A stretch of DNA of 60,660 nucleotides, from IMG/VR virus record IMGVR_UViG_3300032046_000026, positions 1 through 60,660 of that record. One strand, given 5' to 3'. A program made the position numbers and the translations under genes. Positions 44,405 to 53,584 of the stretch are shown here, piece after piece. The DNA comes from a virus (taxonomy: Duplodnaviria > Caudoviricetes). Below the pieces are notes generated by a model. The model was not told the DNA's origin. It worked only from the letters and a program-made list of their open reading frames with translations, and ran no database searches. Numbering within the stretch: the stretch's first letter is position 1; each line of letters starts with the position of its first letter.

Positions 44405-44680
44405 TTAACGCGGCGGATCGGGCGCCCGTTGCGGTGCGTCGCGCGGGCCAGCTGGTGCCGCTGCCACCTGCTCGGCGTCCGGCGTGATGGCCTCGGCCTC
44501 GATCAGGGTCAGCTGGCCCTCATCGATCCACACGGCCTCAACCGGCACGCCCTTGTCCTTTTCGACCGCCTGGGCCTGCACCAGTATGCGGACGCAGCCG
44601 TTCAGGTAGGTGCACCGCGCCACCGCAATGCCTTCGTATTCCGTGATCTTGTCGACTACCTTATCGCCTGGGTTGATCAC
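44405..44680 (-). CDS. Small SH3-like phage protein
   Basis: GDKVVDKITEYEGIAVARCTYLNGC...WIDE. Confidence 0.75.
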   Translation of the reverse strand: MINPGDKVVDKITEYEGIAVARCTYLNGCVRILVQAQAVEKDKGVPVEAVWIDEGQLTLIEAEAITPDAEQVAAAPAGPRDAPQRAPDPPR

Positions 44681-45666
44681 CAGCGTTCTCCTTCCGCTGC
44701 TTGGCGCAGTAGCGCCTCTATCCGGTCGCCGGCCTTTGCCGGTGAAAAGGTGGCTTCCACGTGGCGCCGGCAGGCGGCGGGGTCGATCTCCAACCACCGC
44801 CGGCCCCGCAGGCCGTTAAGGAACTGGCCGGCGTCTGCCCACAGGAAGCCGGTTTCGCCGTGGACGATATATTCGGGGTTGGCGCCGTGATCGTAGGCGA
44901 ACACCGGCGTGCCGGCTGCCATGGCCTCAAGCATCACGGTGCCGGATGGTTCCTCCGGTTCCGATGTGAACATAAGGCAGCAGGCGCGGGCCAGCAGGGC
45001 CGCCTTGTCGGCGCCGCCCACTTCGCCCCTGATCACGACCTGGCCAGCGCGCATACGGGGCAGGATCTCCGCGTCAAAGTAGGCGGGGTCGTGGGCCGGC
45101 CCCGCGATGTCCAACACCAGGCCCGCCGTGCCGCAAAGGTCAGCCGCGTGGTGCACCCGTTTGTAGGGCATGATCCTGCCCAGGAATAGCGGCGGCCCGC
45201 GCTCTGCCATGGGGCCGCCCAGGCGGTAGGCGGCAGGATCGACGTTGATCAGGGCCACCATGGGGTCGGCAATGCCGTGCGACTGGCCATGGTGGCGCGA
45301 GCAGAAGACGGGGTTGCGGGCGTGCGCTGAAATCTTGGCCCAGCCGTGGCTCTGCGTCACCGCCGGCAGGCTGGGCCACCGCGCCTGGGCCAACTGATAG
45401 AGGCTGTGATCAAATAGCACGTCGGGGTGGGGCAGCCGCTCCATGTGGTCGACAATGGCCGTCTCGGTGTCGCGGGCGCCGCCCCGCATGGGAGCCACCG
45501 TCACCACCTCCACGCCGGCCACGGCCGATCCCTGCAGGCCGAACAGCGTCACGGCATGCCCGCGATCCCGCAGGCCGGCGGCCAGGTTGGCGACGACGCT
45601 CTCCAAGCCGCCCGTGCTGGCCGGCGGCGTGGGCAGGAAGGCAGACGATTGAAGCCAGATTCTCAT
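44677..45666 (-). CDS. Glycosyltransferase family 4 (GT-B)
   Basis: PP..TGGLE, LFLGRIMPYKR, EEPSGTVMLEAMAAGTPV. Confidence 0.9.
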   Translation of the reverse strand: MRIWLQSSAFLPTPPASTGGLESVVANLAAGLRDRGHAVTLFGLQGSAVAGVEVVTVAPMRGGARDTETAIVDHMERLPHPDVLFDHSLYQLAQARWPSLPAVTQSHGWAKISAHARNPVFCSRHHGQSHGIADPMVALINVDPAAYRLGGPMAERGPPLFLGRIMPYKRVHHAADLCGTAGLVLDIAGPAHDPAYFDAEILPRMRAGQVVIRGEVGGADKAALLARACCLMFTSEPEEPSGTVMLEAMAAGTPVFAYDHGANPEYIVHGETGFLWADAGQFLNGLRGRRWLEIDPAACRRHVEATFSPAKAGDRIEALLRQAAEGERW

Positions 45667-45860
45667 GGTGTGCCCGTCCAAAGGGCCATGTCCAGCCTGG
45701 CGCGCAGTTGCAGCAGCGCAATGAATTCAGCCGCGTTGGCGACCGCCGCGCGGCAGGGCTGGCAAACCAGCAGGTCGGCCAAGCCGAAACGCGAGTAGAT
45801 TTCGCCCAGGGGCGCCAACTTGCGCCGGCGGTTGCCGCAGGCCGCGCACATCGGTTTCAT
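45663..45860 (-). CDS. Small Zn-ribbon protein
   Basis: CAACG...CQPC. Confidence 0.6.
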   Translation of the reverse strand: MKPMCAACGNRRRKLAPLGEIYSRFGLADLLVCQPCRAAVANAAEFIALLQLRARLDMALWTGTP

Positions 45861-46165
45861 ACTGCCGCCTCGGCCAGGATCGGCCCCGTCCAGATCAGCG
45901 CCCAGGCGGCGCCGTGCAGTTGGCGGAAGGCCGCCCAAAAAACGGTTTCATCGTCGTCAATATAGTCGCCAAACCAGCAGATCGCGGTGCCGATCTTAGT
46001 GGAGGCGTCCTGCATTCCCGCGAAGGCCCGCGCGAAGCGCAGGCAGGCGGCAGCAACCACAGCCCACACGGCCTGGCGCACCAGGTCATCTATCCAGGCG
46101 TCGGGATCGGGCGGTGGTGCCAGCGGGTGCCGGCGGAAGCATTGCCAGGGCCAGCGCAGTTTCAT
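45857..46165 (-). CDS. Hypothetical protein
   Basis: ATGA-coupled on both sides. Confidence 0.6.
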   Translation of the reverse strand: MKLRWPWQCFRRHPLAPPPDPDAWIDDLVRQAVWAVVAAACLRFARAFAGMQDASTKIGTAICWFGDYIDDDETVFWAAFRQLHGAAWALIWTGPILAEAAV

Positions 46166-46401
46166 ATGGTGCCCTTTCGGTTGCCGTCAACATCTTCCCA
46201 GTAGCCCCTGCCCCAGCGCCAAGGCCGCCACCAACTGCCGCCGGTGCCGATCCACCGCAGGGCGACCAGGTTGAACCGGCTCTTGGGGCCGCCGCACCTG
46301 GGGCACACGCTCTCGTCGGTGAAGAAGTCGTTGCCTCGCCAGGGGGTGTCAACCACCTTGCCGCAGGGGCAGACCATGCGCTCCTTAAATGGGCCAGGCA
46401 T
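46162..46401 (-). CDS. Small Zn-ribbon protein
   Basis: CPCG...CPRCG. Confidence 0.65.
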   Translation of the reverse strand: MPGPFKERMVCPCGKVVDTPWRGNDFFTDESVCPRCGGPKSRFNLVALRWIGTGGSWWRPWRWGRGYWEDVDGNRKGTI

Positions 46402-46410
46402 AACGGCACC

Positions 46411-46824
46411 TCACTTCCAAAGCTCCAACTGGATCATAATCCGGCCGGCCTCGCGCCCATCGTTGCCCTGGCGCCCTGGGCTGGCCACCTCAAGGCGGCG
46501 GTCGTCGTCAATCAGGCCCAGGCAGTAGCGTTTGCCGGTGGCCTTGGTGGCGACCTTCAAGATGTCGATGATCGGTTTCAGGGTGGCGATGCAGTTGTCG
46601 GCGTCGCCCACCTGCCGGCTGAAAAAGTGGATCGAGGACAGGCGGCCGCCGGTGAAGGGCCTGGCCGCCATAATGGCCGGCGGGATTTGCGCCAGGATCG
46701 CCTGGCCTGCCTCCTCGGCGTACTCCCTGCCGATGCGATGCTTGGCGCCCCAGCTGGTGCGGGCGTTGGCCGTCAGTTGCTTCGGCGGCGCCTGCACCCA
46801 AAAGCGGACGATCTCCCTCATCAT
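46411..46824 (-). CDS. rusA: RusA-like Holliday junction resolvase
   Basis: PP...AN...W, GDADN...KPIID...GLIDDD. Confidence 0.8.
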   Translation of the reverse strand: MMREIVRFWVQAPPKQLTANARTSWGAKHRIGREYAEEAGQAILAQIPPAIMAARPFTGGRLSSIHFFSRQVGDADNCIATLKPIIDILKVATKATGKRYCLGLIDDDRRLEVASPGRQGNDGREAGRIMIQLELWK

Positions 46825-47834
46825 CGTGCCCCCAGTATATCGCGCAGGAAGCCATCCCAGCGGTTGGCGAAGTCGGTCATGTTGGCGTTCTGCTCGGCCC
46901 AGGCGCGGGGGGCGGTGCCCCAGCGATTGCCCTTGACGCGCGCACAGGCGGCCCGCACGGCCGTCGCGTAGTCCTCGGCCGTAGCGGTGATTGGCAGGGT
47001 GTAGCCCACCGGCGACAGGCCCGCCTTGTCGCGTTGTATGTCCTCGAACACGCCGGCGTAACCCGTCACCACCGGCAGGCCCGACGCCAGGGCTTCGAGG
47101 CAGCTGTAGGCGTTGCCCTCATGGCGCGTGGGCAGCAGGAACACGTGCCCGCGCCGGAAGGCGTCGGGTTCTTCTCCCTTGCCCGCGCCCAGGTATTCGA
47201 TGCGGTAGTCGTTGCCCAGCAGGGCGGCGATGCGCGGGATCAACTTGGCGCCCTTCTTCTCATTGCGGCCAGCTGCCTCCACGATCACCCAGGGCGGCCC
47301 AGGCGGCAGCGGCGCTGGCGGTGGGTGGTAGGCGGCCAGGTCGATGCCATGGCAGATCACGGCGCTGGCCGCCCGCCCATGGTGCCGGCGCAACTCACGG
47401 GCGCTGGCGGTGCTGCACGCGACGGGGAAGGCGTTGGGCGCGTTGAATGCCTCCCCCTGGCGCTGCACTTCCAGCCCAGGCCGCAGGCCCATGCGCTCGT
47501 GAAACTCGGCCCAGGTGCCGTGGATCACCGGCACCACCGGCTTGCTGCTGATCCCCAGGCCCCAGTAGCCGTCGCTCACGGCCACGTCATAGTGCACGCC
47601 GAACTGCGGCCCGTCGATCCACTTGCCCAGCAGCAGGGCCTTTTCAGGGTTGGGCAGTTCGGGGAAGCGATCACGGTGGGGGAAGTCCGACCAGCCGATC
47701 AGGATCACGCCCCAGCCCTTGGCGCGCAGGGCCGCGCGCAGGTAGTCGGCGAACTTCTCCACGCCACCCAGTTCGCCGTCGTCGCGCTTCAACCAGCTGA
47801 CGTGGGCCACGGTTAGGCGCTTATCCACCGTCAC
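46821..47834 (-). CDS. Glycosyltransferase family 4 (GT-B)
   Basis: GGVE, HGIDL, EKKG, PTRHEGNAYSCLEALASGLPVV. Confidence 0.9.
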   Translation of the reverse strand: MTVDKRLTVAHVSWLKRDDGELGGVEKFADYLRAALRAKGWGVILIGWSDFPHRDRFPELPNPEKALLLGKWIDGPQFGVHYDVAVSDGYWGLGISSKPVVPVIHGTWAEFHERMGLRPGLEVQRQGEAFNAPNAFPVACSTASARELRRHHGRAASAVICHGIDLAAYHPPPAPLPPGPPWVIVEAAGRNEKKGAKLIPRIAALLGNDYRIEYLGAGKGEEPDAFRRGHVFLLPTRHEGNAYSCLEALASGLPVVTGYAGVFEDIQRDKAGLSPVGYTLPITATAEDYATAVRAACARVKGNRWGTAPRAWAEQNANMTDFANRWDGFLRDILGAR

Positions 47835-48795
47835 GGCGGGCCTCCTCAAGGTGCCGACGAACCGCCGGCCAGATTGTCTCGGCCGTCAGATCACGCAACG
47901 ACCGCCCCTGGGGGCAAAGGGTGGTCTTACCTGGGGGGCAATCGGCCTTGCCGGCGACGTGATCACCGCGCCACATGCAGGGTTCGCACAGCTGCTCATT
48001 GCGGATCTCCGTGCACAGTTCGGGCGGCACCCACACCTGCAGGCCGATCCTGGTGGCGCAGGTGAGCACCACGGCCGTCTTGCGCAGGGCGAAGCGCAGG
48101 TTGGACAGGCCGCCCTCGGTGCACACCATGGCGTCGGCGCGCTCAAGGATCGCGGCCGAGTAGCGCATGTCCAGCTGGCCGGTTAGGTTGACAGTAGCAG
48201 ACCAGGGCGCGCCGTGCAGCCGGTGGCCGGCCAGGGTGATCGGCGTGAACCCTTCGTCCAGCAGGCCGAAGATCAGCTGTGACCAGCCCTCGTCGTTCCA
48301 CATCTTGCCGGCCCAGCCGCAGCGCGGGGTGATCGCACACCACCGCTTGGCGAAAGTGTTATGGTGCCTTAGCAGTTCAGCCGCGTCGGCACGTTCCTGC
48401 TCGCGGATGAAGTAGTCCGCCTCAAACCGCGTCTCGGCTGTCCACGGCAGGCCCAGCTGCTCAAAGTAGCGCGCCTGCAGGGGCACGTCCAGCGGCGGCC
48501 CGCCCACGCGGGCATAAAGCAGCGCGACGCCTTTGTGGTCGCCGCGCGGCAGGGGATCGTTGAAGTCGATCAGCTGGTCGATGTGGGGGTTATCCCACAG
48601 CATCTCGTCGGGGGCGCCGCCGCTGCCAGGTTGGCCGGCCTGATCGTATTCGAGGCGGCGCCGGCCCTTGACGTACGTGCGGAAGATGATGTGGCAGTCG
48701 GGTTCGGCCTGCTTCAACATGCGCAGGGCCGGCGTGCTGCAGAGCACGTCGCCCAGGCCCCAGGCCAGGCTTATGACGTAGGTTTGGGCGCCGAT
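47821..48795 (-). CDS. Glycosyltransferase family 9 (ADP-heptosyltransferase-like); start codon unresolved
   Basis: YVISLAWGLGDVLCSTPAL, NPHIDQL, GKMW...W, NLTGQLDM, CTEGGLSNL, CEPC..C..C. Confidence 0.82.
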   Translation of the reverse strand: MGAQTYVISLAWGLGDVLCSTPALRMLKQAEPDCHIIFRTYVKGRRRLEYDQAGQPGSGGAPDEMLWDNPHIDQLIDFNDPLPRGDHKGVALLYARVGGPPLDVPLQARYFEQLGLPWTAETRFEADYFIREQERADAAELLRHHNTFAKRWCAITPRCGWAGKMWNDEGWSQLIFGLLDEGFTPITLAGHRLHGAPWSATVNLTGQLDMRYSAAILERADAMVCTEGGLSNLRFALRKTAVVLTCATRIGLQVWVPPELCTEIRNEQLCEPCMWRGDHVAGKADCPPGKTTLCPQGRSLRDLTAETIWPAVRRHLEEARRDGG

Positions 48796-48995
48796 TGTTC
48801 TTCCACCAGTTCAAACAGGGGCTTCTTGCCGCCCGTGCAGCACTCGCCCCGAAAGGCCAACAGCGCCGGCGCATCCTCCGGCACGATCTCGAACTCGCGA
48901 TCCTCGCCTTGGCGTAGACGGTAGAGGCGTCCGCTTGGCATCTTGGTGCGGTCGCCGATCCGCATCGGCCCACCGAAGCGATACCGCACGCGCAA
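48771..48995 (-). CDS. Small protein, probable paralog of 20021..20203
   Basis: SD AGGAGG + TTG start; VRYRFG...SGRLY...IVPEDAPALL...CC..LFELV. Confidence 0.7.
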   Translation of the reverse strand: MRVRYRFGGPMRIGDRTKMPSGRLYRLRQGEDREFEIVPEDAPALLAFRGECCTGGKKPLFELVEEQSAPKPTS

Positions 48996-49005
48996 AGCGG
49001 GCCTC

Positions 49006-49485
49006 CTATCGGCGCAGGCCCCCCTGCGGCTCGAACCCGTCCTTGCCGGCGTTGTGCGTCCTGCGCGCCGGTATGCCCACCTTGGGCGCCTGCGGGTCTT
49101 CGCCATCGCCAGCTGCGGCGGCGTCGCCCGCGCCGGTGTCGCCCTCCTCGGCCTCCATGGGCATGCCAGCCGCCATGGTGCTGCGCTGCGCAGCGGCCTC
49201 GGTGGCCTGGCGGTCGGTTTCGATCAGCGGGTCGCGCTTGCCCATCAGCACGTAAACCTCGTAGACCATCTGCGCGCGCTGCTGGTTGGGGCCTGTGCCC
49301 GCGCGCAGAATGTGCTCGCAGAAGTCGGGGCGGATTATATCCCACCCCTGGGCCAGCAGCCGGTTCAACTCAGGCACGCCCACGGCCACGGTGGTCACGC
49401 GGTAGCAGGCAAAGGGGTTGGTGGCTGGCATTATGTCGAGGGTGGCGGGTGGCAGTTCGGGCGCATCTTGGGGTTCGTCTGGCAT
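49006..49485 (-). CDS. Hypothetical protein, first gene of the island
   Basis: SD AAGGAGG. Confidence 0.75.
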   Translation of the reverse strand: MPDEPQDAPELPPATLDIMPATNPFACYRVTTVAVGVPELNRLLAQGWDIIRPDFCEHILRAGTGPNQQRAQMVYEVYVLMGKRDPLIETDRQATEAAAQRSTMAAGMPMEAEEGDTGAGDAAAAGDGEDPQAPKVGIPARRTHNAGKDGFEPQGGLRR

Positions 49486-49499
49486 CGTGCCTCCTTCAG

Positions 49500-49675
49500 T
49501 TTGCTAGGTGTAGGTGAGGGCGGGCGCCGTTTGGCCGTGTAGCGGTTGGCTTTATAACGCCCGTCGCACCCTCGCCTGGCGGGCCTTTCCGAAACGATCC
49601 CCGCCGGTTAGCTCGCGGCACCCTCACGGGCGGCGCACCGGCGGGCGCGCGCTTATCGGCCCTGACCCGTCGCTG
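49500..49675 (-). ncRNA. Candidate structured leader or ncRNA
   Basis: Nested stems CCCGCCGGT/ACCGGCGGG, a GTGA tetraloop hairpin, GAGGG/CCCTC and CGGGCG/CGCCCG. Confidence 0.4.
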
Positions 49676-49678
49676 AAA

Positions 49679-49708
49679 GTTGTACTCCACGGTTAATCGC
49701 TCTGTCAA
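49679..49708 (-). promoter_or_regulatory. Sigma70-type promoter of the island with an operator half-site
   Basis: TTGACA-N18-TACAAC (imperfect -10); contains TAACCGTGG. Confidence 0.55.
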
Positions 49709-49717
49709 GGGGCAAAG

Positions 49718-49747
49718 CTGGGGCCGGCCATTGCGGGCCGGCCCCAG
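49718..49747 (-). terminator. Terminator after the major capsid gene
   Basis: 12-bp stem CTGGGGCCGGCC/GGCCGGCCCCAG followed by CTTT. Confidence 0.7.
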
Positions 49748-49786
49748 GTGCTTTCGCTATTTCGCCGGCGTTGCCGGCGGCCGTTG

Positions 49787-51328
49787 TTACTGCGGCCTTT
49801 CGGCGTGCAGCAGGGCAGGCGTGCACGGGTGCACGTAGGTGCAGCCGTCGTCCACGATGCCGCTGAACGTGGCCTCGCACAACGCCTGAGCGCACATTGC
49901 TTTCACAACAAGCGCAGTCACCGCCCAAATTTCGAAGGCCACGGCGGTGCAGCCAGGCGTCAAGTCCTTGGCCGCGAGGGGAATCTGCGTCGCCTTGTAG
50001 ATCAGCTCCTCGCCGTTGTGCGTGAGCCGCACGGGGTACAGGATCGCGCGGAAGTTGCCCCCGCCCAGGTCAATCCTGGGGAACCGCGTGTCGCCGATCA
50101 GCGCAACGGGGCCGATCCCCGTCATGATCTGGTTGGCGAAGTGGATTCCAGGCACCACGTTGGCGGCGTCGGCGTACTGCACGAAGTTGTAGCCGTTGGC
50201 CATGTAGCCAAGGCACAACGCCTGCAGGGCGGCGGGGTGGCCCAGGATCGCCTGCGGGTGGGCACAGCCGGCGGCGATGAACTGGTCGAAGTGGCTGGCC
50301 GAGAACGTGCCGGTCATGAACGACGGGCACGCACGGGCACCGTTGGCGGCGGTGATCAGGTTGGTGATCCCGTCGAACTCCAACGGGTTGCCAACCACAT
50401 CGCCGTTCACCAGCAGATCATCCCAGCCGTTGAGCACGTTGATCATGCCCAACCGCATCTCCTTCTCGCGGGCGCTGGCCACCGCCCCGCGCAGCATGGT
50501 GGCCGTGTCCAACTCGCCAGGGAGGCCCTGGTCGTTGAAGCCGCCCACCACCATGTTGATCCCCCAGCCCGCCGCGATGCTGGCCGCCGTGTGGCGGATA
50601 TCCGCCTCGGCCAGCGTTTTCTTCACACCGATGTGCTTCTTGTCGATGTGGTTGTTGGTGGTGCTGTGGGTCTGGTCTTCGGGGCAGGCGCCCTTGGGGA
50701 AGGCGATGCTGTTGCAGCCCGACGCGAAGTCCGAAGCGGTTAGCTCCTTCCAGGCGTCGATCAGCAGCCCCGCCGTGTGCTCGGGGAGGGCGTTGTAAAG
50801 GCCCACCTCCTCGCACAGAACGATCAGCTCGGTGGTGTCGATGGGCGTGCCGAACTCGGTTGCCCAATCGGCCTCCACCGGCGCCGGCGTTGGCCAGATG
50901 TTCGGGTCGGTGTCGCGCACGGCCAGGAACGCCTTGCCGATGGCCGTCCTGATCTGCGCGCCGTCGCCCGACGTCATGGCCGTCTTGAACTCGTCGCCCA
51001 GCTGCGCGTCGAGCGCGGCCAACCTGGCCTTCTGCTCGTCGGTTGCCTGGGCACGATCCACGATGCCCTTGGCCCACGCCAGCACGGCGTCGGGGTCGCG
51101 GGTCATGGTGGCCAGGTCGCGCGGGATGCCGTCGCGGTCAACCGGCGGCAGGTAAGCCCTGTCGCCCTCGGCCGCTGCCCGCTGCTCCTCCACCCACTGG
51201 GGGTAAGGAACGGTGCGGTAGGCGCCGCTGGAAATGTAGCGGCTGTCCACGCCCCTGCCGCTGCCGTACATGTCTGGCGCTACCAGGCCAGGCGGCCGCG
51301 CAAAGGGCAATGTCCTTCGGGTGTGCAT
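49787..51328 (-). CDS. Major capsid protein
   Basis: Follows protease/scaffold; LLVNGD..NPLEFDGI; terminator downstream. Confidence 0.85.
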   Translation of the reverse strand: MHTRRTLPFARPPGLVAPDMYGSGRGVDSRYISSGAYRTVPYPQWVEEQRAAAEGDRAYLPPVDRDGIPRDLATMTRDPDAVLAWAKGIVDRAQATDEQKARLAALDAQLGDEFKTAMTSGDGAQIRTAIGKAFLAVRDTDPNIWPTPAPVEADWATEFGTPIDTTELIVLCEEVGLYNALPEHTAGLLIDAWKELTASDFASGCNSIAFPKGACPEDQTHSTTNNHIDKKHIGVKKTLAEADIRHTAASIAAGWGINMVVGGFNDQGLPGELDTATMLRGAVASAREKEMRLGMINVLNGWDDLLVNGDVVGNPLEFDGITNLITAANGARACPSFMTGTFSASHFDQFIAAGCAHPQAILGHPAALQALCLGYMANGYNFVQYADAANVVPGIHFANQIMTGIGPVALIGDTRFPRIDLGGGNFRAILYPVRLTHNGEELIYKATQIPLAAKDLTPGCTAVAFEIWAVTALVVKAMCAQALCEATFSGIVDDGCTYVHPCTPALLHAERPQ

Positions 51329-51343
51329 GGTGATCTCCTTGGT

Positions 51344-53575
51344 TTACTGGTGCGGGTCAAACTGCCCCGCACGGTGGGCGCCACGGAGGGCGAATTCGCG
51401 GATCGTCATGCCGCGTGGCGGGGTCGTCATGCGGGCGGCCCCTTCATCGAGCAGGCTTGGCAGGTGGCCCCGCCTGGGCGACGGCAGGCCGTAGCGCCTG
51501 GGCGGGGGCGGGCCGGCGGGTGGTAGCCCATCGTCGCCCCGCGTTGCCGGTGCCCCCTGCTCGATCAGCTGGCGCAATTCCTCGATCTCGCGCATCAACG
51601 GCGCCTGGGCCTCGGCGATCAGGGCGGCCACGTCCTCAGACGGGGCCTGCACCACGCCGGCCAGGGCCGCCGGTAGCAGGTCGATCAGGTTTTGCGCTTC
51701 GTCAGCTGTCGCATCGCCGCGTCCGGCCATTTCGCCGATGGCGTCAAGGATGCCCCGCACAGTGGCCAGGGCTGTGGTGTCCGGTTCGCCTGGTGGCGGG
51801 TTCACGGCGCCCTCAGCCGCCCCGTCTGGCTTCACGCCGGCACCACCGGCCGCAGGATCATCCCCGCCGGCAGCGGATCGCGCTTCGGCGGCGGTTGCGA
51901 GCACTTGGTTCAAAATCTGGCCGTACTCGGTCAGCGCCTTCTGCACGTTGACAAGGCGGTCGGCCAGGGGTAGGTCTTCGGGGGCGGCCTCCACATTGGC
52001 CGCAATAATGTCCATCAGCGTCCAGCCGGCGTGGTAGGCCGTCTCCATCAGCGCCTCGTTAGTCATTGCCGCCATAAGCGACTGATCGGGCGCGATCTCA
52101 CCGTGGAAGCGTGCCGCGTAGGCGGCGCGGAAGTCCACGCCTGGCTCCACCAGCACGCGCTCGCTGGACTTGGTTTCCGGCTGGTCTTCGGGCAGGTTCT
52201 CCTTGGCCCAGTTGGCCAGCGATTGCAGCGAAGTGATCGCCCCGTTCAACTGTTCAAGCATCTCGCCGCGCAGCCGGCGGCCGGCGCGCTCGTCGGGTGC
52301 CGGCGCTGGTGCGGGGTCGGGCGCTGGTGCAGGTGCGGCCTCAAGGGCCTGCGGGTCGGCCACCAGGGTGCCCAGGGCTGCGCGGAAGTCGGGCAGGCCG
52401 GTGGCGCGGATGAGGGCGATCCCTACTTCGTGGGCGCCCTCGAACATGGCGATGGCTTCGGCCAGCGTGGGCTTGGGCACGGTGCCGGCTTCAACGTCCG
52501 CTCGCAACTGGGCCTGGGCAGCCCCCAGGGCTTCCTGGTCGGCCAGCCTTTCGAGCGTCCAAAGGCCCTGGGCGCGGTGGCGCATGTTGGTGGGATCGAC
52601 TTCCTCCCAGGTGACGCCGTTGTCGGGGCTCACTTCCAGCGGCCCGTCGCCCTCGGCGCGATAGATCAGGCCGTCAACTTGTTCGGTGCGCTCACCGCCC
52701 AGGCTGGCGTCGGTGGCATACAGGCGCTCCGCCAGTTCGTCGCCCACGATGCTGGCGGCGTCTTCGCGGCGTAGCTCGCGGCGGCCGGTCTTGCTGCGCT
52801 TTCCTGGCATGGTGTCCTCCTCGTCTCCCAGGCCAAAATCGACACGGCTATTGCCTGGCCTGGTGGTAAGGGCGATGTGTTCAAGTCCGCCCCGCGTGTA
52901 GGCGATGATCCCGCAATCCTCAATCTCAAATGCTTCGGGGTAGAAGGCGATGCTGGTGCGGATCGCGCGGTGCGCCGGCAGCACCTTGGCCTCGTCAAGG
53001 GCCTTCTCAAAGGCGGCCGCCGCCAGGTTGCGCGTCAGTTCATCGGGCGCATCCGTCAACCAGCGGCCTTCGGCCTTCAACCTGCGCCCGTCCACGTACA
53101 GCCGGTCAACGGTGCCGATCTGGCTGAACCTGCGATAATGGGCGATCCCCAGCCACACGGGCAACGGCCCGCCGGCCGCGATCCCCGCGTTGGCGCGGGC
53201 GCACATATCCTTCTGGAAGTCGATGGTCATGCGCGTGCCGTACAGATCAACGCCGTCATCGCTGCAGGTTGACTTCCAGCGGGCGATCCCGCCGGCGTCG
53301 CGCCAAACCTTGCTGAGATGCCCGTCGCCGACCGCGATGCGGTCGCGCTTCTGCCATTCTCCGTTAACTTGTTTGTAAACGTTCTTAACTGCGCCCCAGG
53401 CCACCGCGAAGGCGTAGGCTTCCTGATCGAGATCCGTCTTGCTCGAATCCCAGCTATCCCAGGCCCCGTTGAAGGCGCTCGCCCATATCTTCTTGGCGCC
53501 ATCGGGCAGGGCCTTCACGGCGTCGGGAAGGGTATCGTCGCCTGGGCCGGTGTAGGGCCGCGTCTGCAGCGTCAT
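51344..53575 (-). CDS. ChaB-domain prohead protease/scaffold fusion
   Basis: LPDAVKALP...IWASAFN...AFAVAWGAVK (ChaB); H..IG, TSIAF, LEHIALT.RPGN (protease); acidic scaffold tail. Confidence 0.8.
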   Translation of the reverse strand: MTLQTRPYTGPGDDTLPDAVKALPDGAKKIWASAFNGAWDSWDSSKTDLDQEAYAFAVAWGAVKNVYKQVNGEWQKRDRIAVGDGHLSKVWRDAGGIARWKSTCSDDGVDLYGTRMTIDFQKDMCARANAGIAAGGPLPVWLGIAHYRRFSQIGTVDRLYVDGRRLKAEGRWLTDAPDELTRNLAAAAFEKALDEAKVLPAHRAIRTSIAFYPEAFEIEDCGIIAYTRGGLEHIALTTRPGNSRVDFGLGDEEDTMPGKRSKTGRRELRREDAASIVGDELAERLYATDASLGGERTEQVDGLIYRAEGDGPLEVSPDNGVTWEEVDPTNMRHRAQGLWTLERLADQEALGAAQAQLRADVEAGTVPKPTLAEAIAMFEGAHEVGIALIRATGLPDFRAALGTLVADPQALEAAPAPAPDPAPAPAPDERAGRRLRGEMLEQLNGAITSLQSLANWAKENLPEDQPETKSSERVLVEPGVDFRAAYAARFHGEIAPDQSLMAAMTNEALMETAYHAGWTLMDIIAANVEAAPEDLPLADRLVNVQKALTEYGQILNQVLATAAEARSAAGGDDPAAGGAGVKPDGAAEGAVNPPPGEPDTTALATVRGILDAIGEMAGRGDATADEAQNLIDLLPAALAGVVQAPSEDVAALIAEAQAPLMREIEELRQLIEQGAPATRGDDGLPPAGPPPPRRYGLPSPRRGHLPSLLDEGAARMTTPPRGMTIREFALRGAHRAGQFDPHQ

Positions 53576-53584
53576 ATCACCGTA

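Noticed and set aside
37571-48795. Host LPS/capsule locus misassembled into the contig
   Set aside because: Interleaved with phage-type genes (RusA, NUMOD4-HNH, small Zn proteins), same strand and codon style, and no transport or polymerase genes
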